Shown: positions 12,301 through 21,005, counted from the stretch's first letter. The stretch is 64,000 bases of DNA from Phycisphaerales bacterium (GCA_027451365.1 DAIDJN010000084.1:1-64000), one strand, 5' to 3'. Program-made: numbers and translations. Notes: generated by a model not told the origin, from the letters alone.

Positions 12301-15300
12301 CGGTCAATATTCAGGCGTCCAATACCAGTAATCAGGTGGCCAATGCCACCGGCGTTGCCGTGGGCGGATTGCTGGCTGTAGGCGAAACCGTCAGCCTGGC
12401 GAGTTCCGGAGGCACGACCACCGCTTATCTGGGCCAGGACAATTCCACCAGCGCCAATAACGCCGGTTCTCTCCAACTTTCCGCCATATCCAACGTAGGT
12501 AATTCAGCGAACGCCACGGCGGGCAGCGGGGGAGCGATTGCCGGTAATGGCGCGTATTCCCATACCAACGATACGACTGTGACGAATGCTGAAATGGCCG
12601 CACAAACGTATGCCGCACCGACGAACACTCAGGCTGCCCAATTCGGTTTAAACTTCCTTACTGCGGACATCAGCGCCACACATACGAGCACCTTTACCAC
12701 CAATGCCAATACCATAAACGCCGCAGCGGTGGGGGCCAGCGGTGCCAACGCCACCAATGATGTTTCCGCCAATACCACTGTGAACTTTGACCAGGGCGCA
12801 TCACTGTTTGCCACCAGCAGCCTTACCGCTGAAGCCGCAAATAAAACGTTTGAAGGCAGTGGCGGCTATAGTGCGCAGGGCGGATCTGGCGGTGTATTGA
12901 TAGGTACAGCGGTTATTTCAAACATTACGGTCAACAATGATGCGACCGTGAACCTGCTGGGAAACAACATGCTTTCCACGGGCCTGGACCCATTTCTGGT
13001 GCCCGGCGCGATTGTGATGACCGCGGACAGTTCGGATAATATTAACGACCAGTCCACGATTGAAACCGGCGGCGTGATTGACGGTGCGGGCATCAACGCC
13101 AATACGCAAGTGACGGAAAATAACGCCGTGAATATTGATGCCGGCAGCACCCTTGCGAGTTTTGGAAATATTGAAATTGGCACCTATACGGCAAGCGATG
13201 TTGCCGCGGGGGCTTTGGTGCATACCTATGGCGCGGCAGGCACGGGCACGGCCAATGTCACCACCAATGTGACCGTCAACCAGGGTGTCACCGTGCAGGG
13301 AAGCACCACAATACTGGGCTACGGTAATGTGTACATTACCGCCGGCGAAGCTCAGGGCGGCCAATTCACAAGCCGCACCAATCCTGTGGCATTGGGAGAG
13401 TCTTACGTGCGCGGACTCATCGCCATTCCCACGCAGTCCGCCACCGCCACTGCAGATGATCAGACATCGGTTACCATCAATTCCGGAGCAACCGTCGAAA
13501 GTGGCGGAAATATGTTTATAGGCGGCTATGAAGGCAGTCAAAACCCGCAGGCGCAAGGGGCGGGCCATGGTTATGAACTTGGCTTTATTCCCGCCACAGA
13601 CAGCAACAACAATGCCTCAACTCCGGGAAGTGAAAAAGTGACCATAGATGGAACACTGCTTGCCGGTGCGTTCAATCAGCAGAACGTCACAATCAATTCC
13701 GGCGGCGTGCAGGTGACCGGTCCGGAACTTGCCGTCTCCACGACGACGGGTTACAACTTTGCGGCTTATTTAAGCATGTTGCAGACGCAGGGTGCGGATC
13801 CCAGCATAATTTCAATGTTGCAGAATAACACCTCCACAAATCCGGTGACGATGGTGGAACTTGGAGAGCTTTTTGCCAGTGCAGGCAATGTGAATATAAA
13901 CGCCACTCAATTGCTCGGATCCGGCGCGGTCACGGCGAATGGCAATGCCAATATCACGGTCAATAATTCCACGCCTGATTACCTGTTTATCACCTCGGCT
14001 TACATTTCCCCCATCAGCGGCGGCAACATCAACTTCACCGGTGCGGCTACCGGAGCATCCGACAGTTCGCTGGGGGTACACGGAAATAATCCCGGCGCGC
14101 AGCCAGAAATAAGCATTACCAGCAGTTATGATCCCGCCACCGGCCCAGGTCCGGCAATCATTCTTGAACCAAATGGCAAACTTACCACTTTGACCGGTCT
14201 GGTCAGTATTACCGATTCATTCGGCTCCGTTGGCCAGTTTGGCACCATTGATTCTGAACAAGTCATTATTTCCGTTCCCAATGGATTTTATGGTGTCAGC
14301 AAACCAGGGCAGTATTATTCGACTGGCGGTGCGCCTGACGCAGTCTGGTTCAGCCAGTTGGGTCTGCCGGGTACCGCGACTGCGGCGGTCGATCGCGTGG
14401 TCAACGTTCTTTATAATTCCGGCGGCGGCAATACCGATCAGTCGTTGACTGAATCCCTGTTGTATAACAATAATTTTACGTTTACAAACTCCAGCGGTTC
14501 ATACGATGGCTTTTATCCAGAAATATTTTATGGATCCATGTATCCATATTTTTATAATTATACGGCATCAGATAATTCCGGTTTTGGACCACTGCAGCCC
14601 AATGTGTTTGCCATGAATAACGGCGGCCAGTACCGGTCGCAATATTTCACGCCTCTGGTACAGGCCTTGGCGCAGCCGGCAAATGTCACCAGCTATCCTT
14701 CCGGCATCACCGCAGGTCCCACCAGCGATTCGGCCATTAATGCCGCGCAAGTCGGTATCTCGGCGCAATATGTGGACATCAACAGCATCATCAATGCGGG
14801 GCATCCGACCGACTGGTCCGCCAATCTTGGCTCCAGCGTGCAAACTGAAATCACCAACGCACAAAACGCGTATAACCAGGGAACTTTCAGTATTTTCGGG
14901 TATACCTTTCATTTCGCATCGTCCGTCGTCAGTCTTAACAGTTTGCCTACGGTGCAGACCGGCGATCAAGCCATTTCCGCCACGTACAATGTCCTTACCA
15001 ATCAAATCACTCTGCAGAACGACATTAACGCCAGCGGGGGCGGTTTTGTCTACATTAATGGCGGAGTTTTAAGCTCTCTGCCGAGTTCGCAAATTAATGT
15101 CGATACAGGTTTTGGGTCAGTCACCATCAACAATCAAACCACCGCAGGTCTGCTTGTCAACAATATTGAAACCGGCAATGGTGCGGTCGGTGAAGTGAAA
15201 ATTGTGGATACTCTTAAGCAGAGTGCGAATGGATCGCCTTTGCGCACGTGGTATCTGTATCATTCCAACACGGGTGAATTGGATACTTTCAGCAATCAAT

Positions 15301-18300
15301 CAAATAACGCATCCACCCTCGCCGGGGCGGTGCAAACCGGTGCGGACTTTACCAACACATCTCAATACAGTCCGCAATCGGGCGTCGCCATTCAGTGGAG
15401 CGAAACTGCGACCGCTTCGCGCACGGTTACTCCTGTGACTAACTCCTCGGGCAGCGAGGTGAATCTTACCGCTTCCCATTGGGCGTTTGACGCAGTCTCG
15501 GGACAAGCCGGCAATCCATGGGTGCTGGGGAGCTACACGGTTACCAACGTGGGTTCCAACGGTCCGGTATTGCAACAGAGCTATTCCGGGTCGGTCACAA
15601 GCAGCCACAATGACGGATATGTCACTTTCACGTACGCTGACAATAATTTTACTCCACCAACGGGCAATCCCTATGGCTCCAATTTCTATTTTGACCCGAT
15701 TTATCCGACGGCAATCAGTCTGACGGATACCATCACCGCCCGCGCCGATAATCCCATCGGAATAAGTTTCAGCGGCGGCAGCGCATCACAAATCACCATC
15801 GAATCAATCCATGATGTTACTTTGGCGGGCATGATCAACAATCCGACCGGACCGATGAATCTTTCGGTTACCAGCGGCGCTGTCAGCCAATCTCTTGGTA
15901 ACCAGATTGTGACCAGCGGACTCAATATTCAGGCGGGCACCGGCATCGGGTCGTCCGCCGCACCCGTGGTAGTGGACCTCACTGGAGGCTCCCTGACCGC
16001 TCAGACCAGCTCCGGTGATGTGTATATCTCTGCGCAGTCCGGCGTGGCGATCGGCACCATTTCCGCAGGTACGTTCGGTAACTATGGCGATGTAAACCTA
16101 ACTGCCAATCAGAGCATAAGCGCGGTAGCCGGTTCGGGAACAGTTACCGGCGACAACATTACGCTTACCAGCATTGCCGGCGGCGTTGGCGCGGGGACCG
16201 ACCCGGTTACCGTCAATGGCGTAGGAACCGTGGAGTCCGGCGGGGTGACCAACGGCGGACAAATTACCGTGAACGCGGTGGGGGATATATTTCTGAATGC
16301 GCCGGGCAATCTGATCGTCAATCAGATCGATTCACTGGCCGGCAATGTGACGCTGAGCGCAGGGGGCACCGTTTTCGACTATCGTGCTCAAACGCCGGTC
16401 GAAGCTCTTTCCACTACGCAGTTGACCCAAATTGATACCGCATTGGATTTAACCGATTCAAGCTCCAATGCCACGATCACTCATTCCGTGGTGCCGTATC
16501 TGCAAAGTGTCTATGCCAATTACAATACATACTGGAAGTTGCTGGCAAACGGGACGGTAGATTCCAACGGTACATTTACGCTTTCATCCCAGGGTGCCAC
16601 TGTCTACACGCCCATTTCCCAGGTGGCTCTGGCGCTAAACTCTGACGGAACTTCATACATTCATTATTCATCGGTGCAGGCCTACGCCCAGTCGCTGTAT
16701 AATTCCAGCGTCAGTTTCTTCAGGTCCAATCTGGGAACCAACTGGCAGCAGACAATTGGAACCACTTTTAATCCCGCGTTTACCTATACGGTGCCCAACA
16801 GCGGACCGGCTGGAATCACCACCATTGAAGCTCTGACCAGCAATGCCTATTGGACCACCGGTCAGTTGCAGCAGGCCATTAATCTCAATGCTCTGCAAAG
16901 CTCTTCTTCCGGCGGGGCGGTTGGAAACGCCACGCCGAATATTTCCGGTCGCAATGTGATTGTGACCGCAAATGGTGTCGGAACTTTGGCCGCACCAGTA
17001 ACCTTCAGTCAGTCCGCCCTCGAAAGCGGTTCGCTTAATCCAAGCCAGGCCGGAGCACTGGCTTTGGCCAACACCCCGGGCGACGTCACCATTGCGGGTG
17101 ATCCCACCTTGGGCAATGCGACCATTACAGTCAAACAGACGGCACCTGTTTTCCTGACCGTCAACGGAACTTTTTCCGGCAATGCCGGTACCGGGCCGCT
17201 GTTCGTTCAATCTGATGGTTCACTGGCGTTGCAAAATGTCAGTGCGGGCGGCGATATTCGTATTACCGCAGCCGATTCCATTTTTGGGAGCGGAACGGGA
17301 AGTCCTGATATCACCACCAACAATGGTGGATTGACGCTGCTGGCGGGCACTGGATCCATCGGTTCGAGCACCACGCCCGTTGATTTTCAGATTACCGGCA
17401 CCCTGGTCTCGGAAGCTGGAATCAGTACCTATCTGACCACCGGCGACTCAGCCGTCACTCTTGGTGGTGTCGCCAGTGGCAATACCTTCCAGCTTAACGC
17501 ACCTGGTGCCTCAATCATGGGCGATCCCACCTTCGGCGGAACCAATATCATCGCGCCAATCATAAGCCTTACCGCCGGCAGTGGCGGCATTGGTTCTTCC
17601 AGCAGTTCACTGACCCTTGATAACAGTGTCTCATCCACATCCGCTCTCGTACCCGCGGCAACTATTATTTCCGGCGGCGGCGTGTATCTGTTTGACCCCG
17701 ATATCTCCGGCCTGCTGACGCTTGGCACCGTTGGTGCCCAGGGGCCGGTGAATATTGTCGCTGCGGATTCTCTTACCGCAAACAGCGTCACCACCCAATC
17801 CGGTGACATTACCTTGGCTTCCTCCGGTGGAAATAACATGGTGCAGACGGTTCAGACACTCAACGGCGCGTTGACCCTTACCTCGGTCGGTTCGCTTGCC
17901 GTTGGTACCGGATCGGCCACCGGCGAAGCATCGCTGACGGCTACCGGTGGGAACATCACCATCGGTCAAATTTCCAGCAGTTTGTCCAGTGGTCCGGCCA
18001 TTGACGTCAATGCCTTCGGCTCTATTTCCGGGTCCACCACAAATGTCGGTCAGACCAACCTGCTTGATGCCCTGGCCACTGGTACGCAAACCATGATCTT
18101 GCAGGCGGGGACCGGAATAGGCGCGGCTGATCAATATCTGGTTGCCGACGTTCCGGAATTGACCGCCAACACAACTAGTGGTGATATATACATTCATAAT
18201 ATTGAAAGCCTTAACGCACCGTCGCTCACCGCCCCGGGGGGAAGCATAGGCCTGCTGGTCGATGGCGCGCTGACTTTTGGAACGTTCAGTGCGCACCACG

Positions 18301-19265
18301 ACCTGTCCGTGACCGCCAATGGCAATATCACCGGCACCTCCTTCACCGCCGGCGGCAACGGAACTCTTATTTCCAACTCCGGCACCGTTACGGTGCCAAC
18401 CATTTCCGTCGGTGGAAATTTCACGCTTGAATCCTCCGGTAATATCGACATTCAAGCGCTTTCCAGCGGCGGCATCATCAGCCTGCTTTCACGTGATGGC
18501 GATGTGAATATTCAAACCCTGGTCGCCAATAGCGGTTATATCGGCGCTGGTTCCGGCACTACGCCGGCCAGCGGGCCGTTCCCCTCCAGCCCGGGTGATG
18601 TATTTCTGCCAAGCGCCACCATCACCAATTCCCTGACTGTCTATGCCAATCGCATTGAAGGTCACCTCATTCAACCTCAGCCGGCATCCGCGCCATTGCT
18701 GCTGGATATTCGTGGTTCCGGTGGTGGCAGTGCCCTGGCCGCCGCGGTCATTCTCAGTATTGATCCGGAGGCTGTAACCTTCAGCAACTTGCAGGCCCAA
18801 TATGCTCAAATTACAACCGGTGCGGACAATGTCATCATTCATCAGGGTGATATTGTAAACACGCTTTCACTCGTAACGCCCGTTACCAATCTTTTCATGA
18901 ATAATCAGGATGTTATTCTGGTGCCGACAGATATTCAGCTTTATCAGCCGGGCGGTCTGTTCGATTTTTCGCTTGCGGGCACCGATCTGGTCACAAATAC
19001 TTTTGTGGAACGCTTTGCCACAGGGTATACGGTTTCGGTATCCAATTATGTCGGTGGTCATAATGATTCGGGCTTCAATTATGGCGGGGCGAGCGCCCTG
19101 CGCGACTCCCAGCGTTTTTCCTCGGACATTCAGACCCTTGAAGACTCCGTGGATGAATACCTGGTGTACGCCAATTCGCTTAAAATTGATGCACTTTCAA
19201 TTGGCCCGCGCGGCGGCGTGAATGTGAATGTCAAGAAATTGAAAAAATCATGGAAGGTGCGCTAA
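3306..19265 (+). CDS. Giant TpsA filamentous haemagglutinin / LktA-family adhesin, 5319 aa (type Vb secretion passenger)
   Basis: N-terminal signal-like segment (RRQRLLAGCLATSAAAGLFGARVVPLAAA); TPS domain (AFNSFNHFQV, NLVHDGPVEINGVLN, GGNIIFADPRGVLVGSSGVLNVGS); GGHVEISS..LLLDP motif; long G/A/S/T/N-rich beta-helical repeats; directly followed by TpsB. Confidence 0.92.
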   Translation: MANAAIIASKNIKLLPNGRGRMRRQRLLAGCLATSAAAGLFGARVVPLAAAGVNVITPDGRTLTSVQTAGHTTTITTGSISGGDAFNSFNHFQVGNGNTVNMIVPSSANYLINLVHDGPVEINGVLNSYKNGEIGGNIIFADPRGVLVGSSGVLNVGSVAFTAPNAQFMNQLMTEAGKVDLAAAQNLISGAVPLSTHGFISIQGRINALQSLNLSAAEVIAAKSSVLTAGDSARLQNALFQATVNTTGLKRGAAIEESNGSIAIVGTDQVNLAGDIHAGGTKGGNIAVTAANIVVQGGAKIDASGTSGGGTVAIGGDAHGAGALADAQTLTVARGANIAANAVLHGDGGTVTLWSNQGTHFAGRVSARGGATGGNGGHVEISSPSNLVVTGTVDTSAPHGLTGTLLLDPTDLYIINGASGSGTEDSSVSSGALSSSASDGSPASTISVGEIQSLGDTNITLAASDAITIGDGSGNAADINLSTDTHPLVTGTLTLEAGTGTGAGNITFNTGSSIETAGGAVVLDAGSGFLGAASTNGGVATLGNISTLGGNITVNAASSVTLPSGVTINTQTAAANAATAGAVDFEVSQSQSIGVGQATANTGITIGGTLEGGDITLHASGSASVSYDSSVTAIATTTATILGGNVLGDAFLYVYGDGAATVELTGTANVSGNNLSLYSQTTTVAKNSHYDANLLGNPVAVDAMYGAVQGTAKSLIDTGAHVSVGGDLQLVANNNDTLDISTEVLNTSGNSSNFLALAAAWGESSIHSTADVAGGAIVTLAQGSNVVIAAQNTNSFSIGATAQADNQSKAGVAAAVSDLTTSAIATDGANLGSTATKAGNVTILATDTTTLEHTSASTSTGSGLAAKVETAMASGASGALSTLGTKMSSFLGSTSGQSSGSGTDQSSANGTASSSTSIPFRIGSALALSLVNQTATADVAAEDSNAAPVIDSGGNVAILSGMMVAGVNNVANSGVTSSTTQGTSTNPSSNTSVSIGVAVGLYTRTNDAFVGDGASVTGVNVGIKANTNDPASTTWATWDGLSSITSKLNSNLGLVNDVLTSYASATSSSSNLSLAGAVDWFNVANTTESYIGVGSTVTSTTASESAPTTGALSGILWQTILPTSTNATLPTIVDLTDWTDPISVLSSDFTSSLNIAGNVSFTGLGLSSGTNGTAVGGSFSGFFYGNNTYAAIGSGSKVSSANATGGVDVSAIGVDQALTLAPTSGQTNSVAANGIFTMVDVENTTQASISNAADISAAAVTLHGEEDMSLWAASGAVSLATSQGSAAVGLSVSLDYTSTETDAFIGDNSSLLGGTGSGGGYVHTNTLDVTAVSNGQSAAMALAVAAVANSNPDSTSEPGALSKAMTKFKNFTNGIKTKASGIVSNIPLISSLATEIAPSASSTAAANNPSFGLAISGDSAATVSYINTHAYIDHGTIAGFNSASVTPTVEALNYTGLISVTGGASITYAKNPSSSFTAAISGSVAFNEISNNTTAYIDDQSDLTNAQNVTVQALSGGFEVSVALGIAATAGSTENAGGGALCLSLPIANSTTSAYIEDSTLDGGAGASRGVKVTAYDSTLIGSGGGAGFGGGEGGVGVVFTIVPVTNTISAYLAGDTVTDYDTLDVNALDASQIISGGVEVGVVPSGFAINGSFVFNYIGNTTTAYITSYAPSVGPVVGTSVTTTGEVTVNASSDTPTATYNSLLTSATQGSQTDSNIHLYQSFGGKTLPFGQQNEILAVTGMVGVGEDAVGIGLAGNVIDSGYTAYIADATVNAGGLVTVSSKNNSTIIGVSVGLAVGTDGVGLDGSLTGNYIGENSGIGSTATIGNSNDTGVTATSVTGDGVNVTAQNSSSIYADAGALGFSSTTALGAAVGYNQSNDAADASVTQATVNAGSGGTLEIQGQNSALIAANAVAGGAGTNVSVDGSVTVNVITDHTTAQASNSNLTAGYLNLTATEPTASIYDLAGAVAGSTSGSGIGFSIGISDINNVLNADLVGVTSNAVDQTQIQATSGGYIGNIAFAGAASSEVSVGFANASSNIGNTVNAYIQDSGQAEAANNTSISAADTSTIKSLSAGISAGGTAAASIATTISRISNSLNAYMTGAATGTQPDWIALDATLDASSNATIQSLAAGFGAGGEGAGAGSIAINILTNTVNSYIDGGQQVTAMDNVGVTALNQNAIQDIAGALAIAPTNFGGGLSTAVNYIGGGTYAYISGPGTNVNALAANPADSLTYSTGALGQDPTQGSLTDFNNFATNFQNNGAPSLSESTATLTGLSVNAETLNSLTQLAFTGAFAFDPLGSAAVSATIDVNVMNGTTDAYIDQAAINQTQSYTPSGGSTINAGSGQQVNVTASAHEYGGDLVLGVAGGPTDAAVTATIAVNYFGNTTDAYITNSNTNANQTINVQANGTQDAVGLGAGVSGAAVGAAGTLVTNVFHADTEAYAYGETLDTTNLTINATGRDTATMGSVALGAGGFGAAGSFLIDISTDTTKAYLGDPNTTTTATISGGLNVTATTTTNLNALNASAGVGAGAGIAGMLTVADIGDTTTADVYSTNMDQNSGDPKANYVNVTATDNLNIDSYAGALAASETGAGIGASINVVALTSQVGAGVAGSNMTTSGSFDVAATENNNTQMVTATAGLGGAVGLAGSAGVLLVDGGNPSASGGYQTNAQSNASSSISGANSEMNQSLLGNVSSSDLTDANGNSEVNTINSSTEQSLSLFNSSPNGTVATISGGTIYAGSVSVTAQYNVATQNIAGAAGIGGVAGFGTALAITSLSGQATANIDGGAIINTTAGQSYTDSNGQSQTSTGDVTVSAAETPYNNQKTMETDAYAGGGSFFLAGSASIAYGNDNSGVNATIGDQSVITVNGVAANSTNGDGAVQVVATADPTVLAKSFGVDASVGVSVGAAVSVASLTETVQAQLGNHVTISTPGTFTVAATLQPLTIGGVDQNSVETDATAGTGGLLAGADGADSSSSITANLTASTGSYDSLPSGAVNIQASNTSNQVANATGVAVGGLLAVGETVSLASSGGTTTAYLGQDNSTSANNAGSLQLSAISNVGNSANATAGSGGAIAGNGAYSHTNDTTVTNAEMAAQTYAAPTNTQAAQFGLNFLTADISATHTSTFTTNANTINAAAVGASGANATNDVSANTTVNFDQGASLFATSSLTAEAANKTFEGSGGYSAQGGSGGVLIGTAVISNITVNNDATVNLLGNNMLSTGLDPFLVPGAIVMTADSSDNINDQSTIETGGVIDGAGINANTQVTENNAVNIDAGSTLASFGNIEIGTYTASDVAAGALVHTYGAAGTGTANVTTNVTVNQGVTVQGSTTILGYGNVYITAGEAQGGQFTSRTNPVALGESYVRGLIAIPTQSATATADDQTSVTINSGATVESGGNMFIGGYEGSQNPQAQGAGHGYELGFIPATDSNNNASTPGSEKVTIDGTLLAGAFNQQNVTINSGGVQVTGPELAVSTTTGYNFAAYLSMLQTQGADPSIISMLQNNTSTNPVTMVELGELFASAGNVNINATQLLGSGAVTANGNANITVNNSTPDYLFITSAYISPISGGNINFTGAATGASDSSLGVHGNNPGAQPEISITSSYDPATGPGPAIILEPNGKLTTLTGLVSITDSFGSVGQFGTIDSEQVIISVPNGFYGVSKPGQYYSTGGAPDAVWFSQLGLPGTATAAVDRVVNVLYNSGGGNTDQSLTESLLYNNNFTFTNSSGSYDGFYPEIFYGSMYPYFYNYTASDNSGFGPLQPNVFAMNNGGQYRSQYFTPLVQALAQPANVTSYPSGITAGPTSDSAINAAQVGISAQYVDINSIINAGHPTDWSANLGSSVQTEITNAQNAYNQGTFSIFGYTFHFASSVVSLNSLPTVQTGDQAISATYNVLTNQITLQNDINASGGGFVYINGGVLSSLPSSQINVDTGFGSVTINNQTTAGLLVNNIETGNGAVGEVKIVDTLKQSANGSPLRTWYLYHSNTGELDTFSNQSNNASTLAGAVQTGADFTNTSQYSPQSGVAIQWSETATASRTVTPVTNSSGSEVNLTASHWAFDAVSGQAGNPWVLGSYTVTNVGSNGPVLQQSYSGSVTSSHNDGYVTFTYADNNFTPPTGNPYGSNFYFDPIYPTAISLTDTITARADNPIGISFSGGSASQITIESIHDVTLAGMINNPTGPMNLSVTSGAVSQSLGNQIVTSGLNIQAGTGIGSSAAPVVVDLTGGSLTAQTSSGDVYISAQSGVAIGTISAGTFGNYGDVNLTANQSISAVAGSGTVTGDNITLTSIAGGVGAGTDPVTVNGVGTVESGGVTNGGQITVNAVGDIFLNAPGNLIVNQIDSLAGNVTLSAGGTVFDYRAQTPVEALSTTQLTQIDTALDLTDSSSNATITHSVVPYLQSVYANYNTYWKLLANGTVDSNGTFTLSSQGATVYTPISQVALALNSDGTSYIHYSSVQAYAQSLYNSSVSFFRSNLGTNWQQTIGTTFNPAFTYTVPNSGPAGITTIEALTSNAYWTTGQLQQAINLNALQSSSSGGAVGNATPNISGRNVIVTANGVGTLAAPVTFSQSALESGSLNPSQAGALALANTPGDVTIAGDPTLGNATITVKQTAPVFLTVNGTFSGNAGTGPLFVQSDGSLALQNVSAGGDIRITAADSIFGSGTGSPDITTNNGGLTLLAGTGSIGSSTTPVDFQITGTLVSEAGISTYLTTGDSAVTLGGVASGNTFQLNAPGASIMGDPTFGGTNIIAPIISLTAGSGGIGSSSSSLTLDNSVSSTSALVPAATIISGGGVYLFDPDISGLLTLGTVGAQGPVNIVAADSLTANSVTTQSGDITLASSGGNNMVQTVQTLNGALTLTSVGSLAVGTGSATGEASLTATGGNITIGQISSSLSSGPAIDVNAFGSISGSTTNVGQTNLLDALATGTQTMILQAGTGIGAADQYLVADVPELTANTTSGDIYIHNIESLNAPSLTAPGGSIGLLVDGALTFGTFSAHHDLSVTANGNITGTSFTAGGNGTLISNSGTVTVPTISVGGNFTLESSGNIDIQALSSGGIISLLSRDGDVNIQTLVANSGYIGAGSGTTPASGPFPSSPGDVFLPSATITNSLTVYANRIEGHLIQPQPASAPLLLDIRGSGGGSALAAAVILSIDPEAVTFSNLQAQYAQITTGADNVIIHQGDIVNTLSLVTPVTNLFMNNQDVILVPTDIQLYQPGGLFDFSLAGTDLVTNTFVERFATGYTVSVSNYVGGHNDSGFNYGGASALRDSQRFSSDIQTLEDSVDEYLVYANSLKIDALSIGPRGGVNVNVKKLKKSWKVR

Positions 19266-21005
19266 ATGGCAGTCTGTTTTTCCGACCGGTTGGATATTTC
19301 TGGTTCCAAATCTCTCCGCCGGGGCGCCAGCTTTCGCGCCGGCACAGCCGGAGCCGTTCTTCTGGCCGCCGTGTCTACAGCTGATGTGGCTTACGCTGGG
19401 CCGGTTGTTCCGCCCAATTTGAACGCCGGCGCAATTCAGAACCAGTATCAGAATGCGCATTCCCCGACGTTGCCACCCGCGCCTTCCACGCAAAAGGCCG
19501 TCACCGGCCCGGAGAATAAGCCTTTGAAGGGAAAGGGGGGTGGCGTTAAATTTCTGCTTAAACAGATTGATTTCACTAAATCCAGGTTTCTGTCGCCCGA
19601 GTATTTGCAAGGCGTCGCCAAACCCTATCTGAATAAGGAAGTCACTTTCGCCGACTTGCGGAAGCTTTTGAATACCATCAACGCCCATTATCTCAGGATG
19701 GGCATGCTCTCCGCCCAGGCCGTATTGCCCCCGCAGAAAATTCATGACGGCATTCTTAAAATCCAACTGGTGGAAGGCAGGCTTGGCCAAATCGCTGTCC
19801 ATGCGGAAGGATCGAACGGCGCGCCTATAACCATTCCCGGCTTTTTCACCAGTCGCCTGCCGCTTGAAAAAGGCCAGATTGTTGATGATGCCAGTCTGGC
19901 CAGATCCATCGATTTTTTCAATCGCACCAACAACATTCAACTTCGTGCCTCGCTTCAGCCCGGTGCGCAGTTCGGCCTTACGAACGTTCTGCTTTATGCG
20001 CAGGAACCCAAGCAGGTAACCTTCAACTTCGGTGTGGATAATTACGGCTATCCGGCCACGGGTCGGCTTGAAGGTACCGAAAGCGTCAACCTCTACAGTC
20101 CGTTAAAACTGGACGATCGTCTGAATGTTTACTCTGTCCAATCGCAGGGGGCCATCGACACCAGCATGGTCTACAGCATTCCGGTTACCAGCCTCGGTAC
20201 CCAGATCGGCTTGAGCTACGCCAACAGCCAGTACACCATAGTTAACGAAGCTTATGCCACCCTGGATGTCAAGGGTCGATCGAATCTTTACGGCTTGAAT
20301 CTGGTCCAGCCGGTTTATGCCGATACACACTGGCTGATTGATGGCGGCCTCCAATATGCCTACGATTCGTCTCATACCCTTATCGGCGGTGTGGACCTTG
20401 GCGCGACCAATGTCAATAAGTTCAGTCTGGGCTTAACCGTTAATGGCACCTGGTCCAAAGGAGCATTTTCCATGGTGCAAACCGCCCTGTATGCCAATGG
20501 CATGGCTCCGCCGGCGCAAACGTCGCATCCTTTCATTTATCAGGGGTCATTTTATGGCTATTACAGTCTGTTTCCACAGATTTATGCCAGCCTGCTGGGC
20601 GGGTGGCAATACACACCCAGCAACAACATAACACCGGACGAGCTTTTTCAGGTAGGCGGGGAATATTCCGTGCGCGGCTTTCCCACCTATGTTCAGGCGG
20701 GTAATTCCGGATTCTTCACTCAAATGGAACTCCACTATCAACCCGTTTCGTTTTTTGATTTCTACGGCTTTTATGATCAGGCCTACCTGTGGGCGCCGGT
20801 TCCCAGCTATAACCGCCTGCAAAGTGCCGGATTGGGAACCAAATGGTCGCTTAATCATCTGCTGGACCGGCTGTTTCATAAACCTTCGCCGGTTTCCGAC
20901 GGCCTGACAGTCAACCTTTGGGCAGGATTTCCGTTTAACAGGGTCTCACCAGATCAGAAAAAGTATGAACTCGGTGCGGGAATGGACTATCAGATAGCGT
21001 TCTAA
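19266..21005 (+). CDS. TpsB / ShlB-FhaC-HecB family outer-membrane transporter
   Basis: POTRA motifs (INAHYLRMG..AQAVLPPQKIHDGILKIQLVEG), DNYG..TG, the loop-6 motif VGGEYSVRGF and a C-terminal Phe. The ATG immediately follows the TpsA stop (TAAATG). Confidence 0.93.
   Translation: MAVCFSDRLDISGSKSLRRGASFRAGTAGAVLLAAVSTADVAYAGPVVPPNLNAGAIQNQYQNAHSPTLPPAPSTQKAVTGPENKPLKGKGGGVKFLLKQIDFTKSRFLSPEYLQGVAKPYLNKEVTFADLRKLLNTINAHYLRMGMLSAQAVLPPQKIHDGILKIQLVEGRLGQIAVHAEGSNGAPITIPGFFTSRLPLEKGQIVDDASLARSIDFFNRTNNIQLRASLQPGAQFGLTNVLLYAQEPKQVTFNFGVDNYGYPATGRLEGTESVNLYSPLKLDDRLNVYSVQSQGAIDTSMVYSIPVTSLGTQIGLSYANSQYTIVNEAYATLDVKGRSNLYGLNLVQPVYADTHWLIDGGLQYAYDSSHTLIGGVDLGATNVNKFSLGLTVNGTWSKGAFSMVQTALYANGMAPPAQTSHPFIYQGSFYGYYSLFPQIYASLLGGWQYTPSNNITPDELFQVGGEYSVRGFPTYVQAGNSGFFTQMELHYQPVSFFDFYGFYDQAYLWAPVPSYNRLQSAGLGTKWSLNHLLDRLFHKPSPVSDGLTVNLWAGFPFNRVSPDQKKYELGAGMDYQIAF

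Noticed and set aside
3492..19221. Dozens of short antisense and alternate-frame ORFs inside the giant TpsA gene
   Set aside because: Shadow ORFs produced by the G/A/S/T-biased codon pattern; none has recognisable motifs.
3306..21005. Contact-dependent inhibition (CdiBAI) system
   Set aside because: No VENN-like or PT motif, no recognisable C-terminal toxin domain and no immunity ORF; tpsB directly abuts tpsA.
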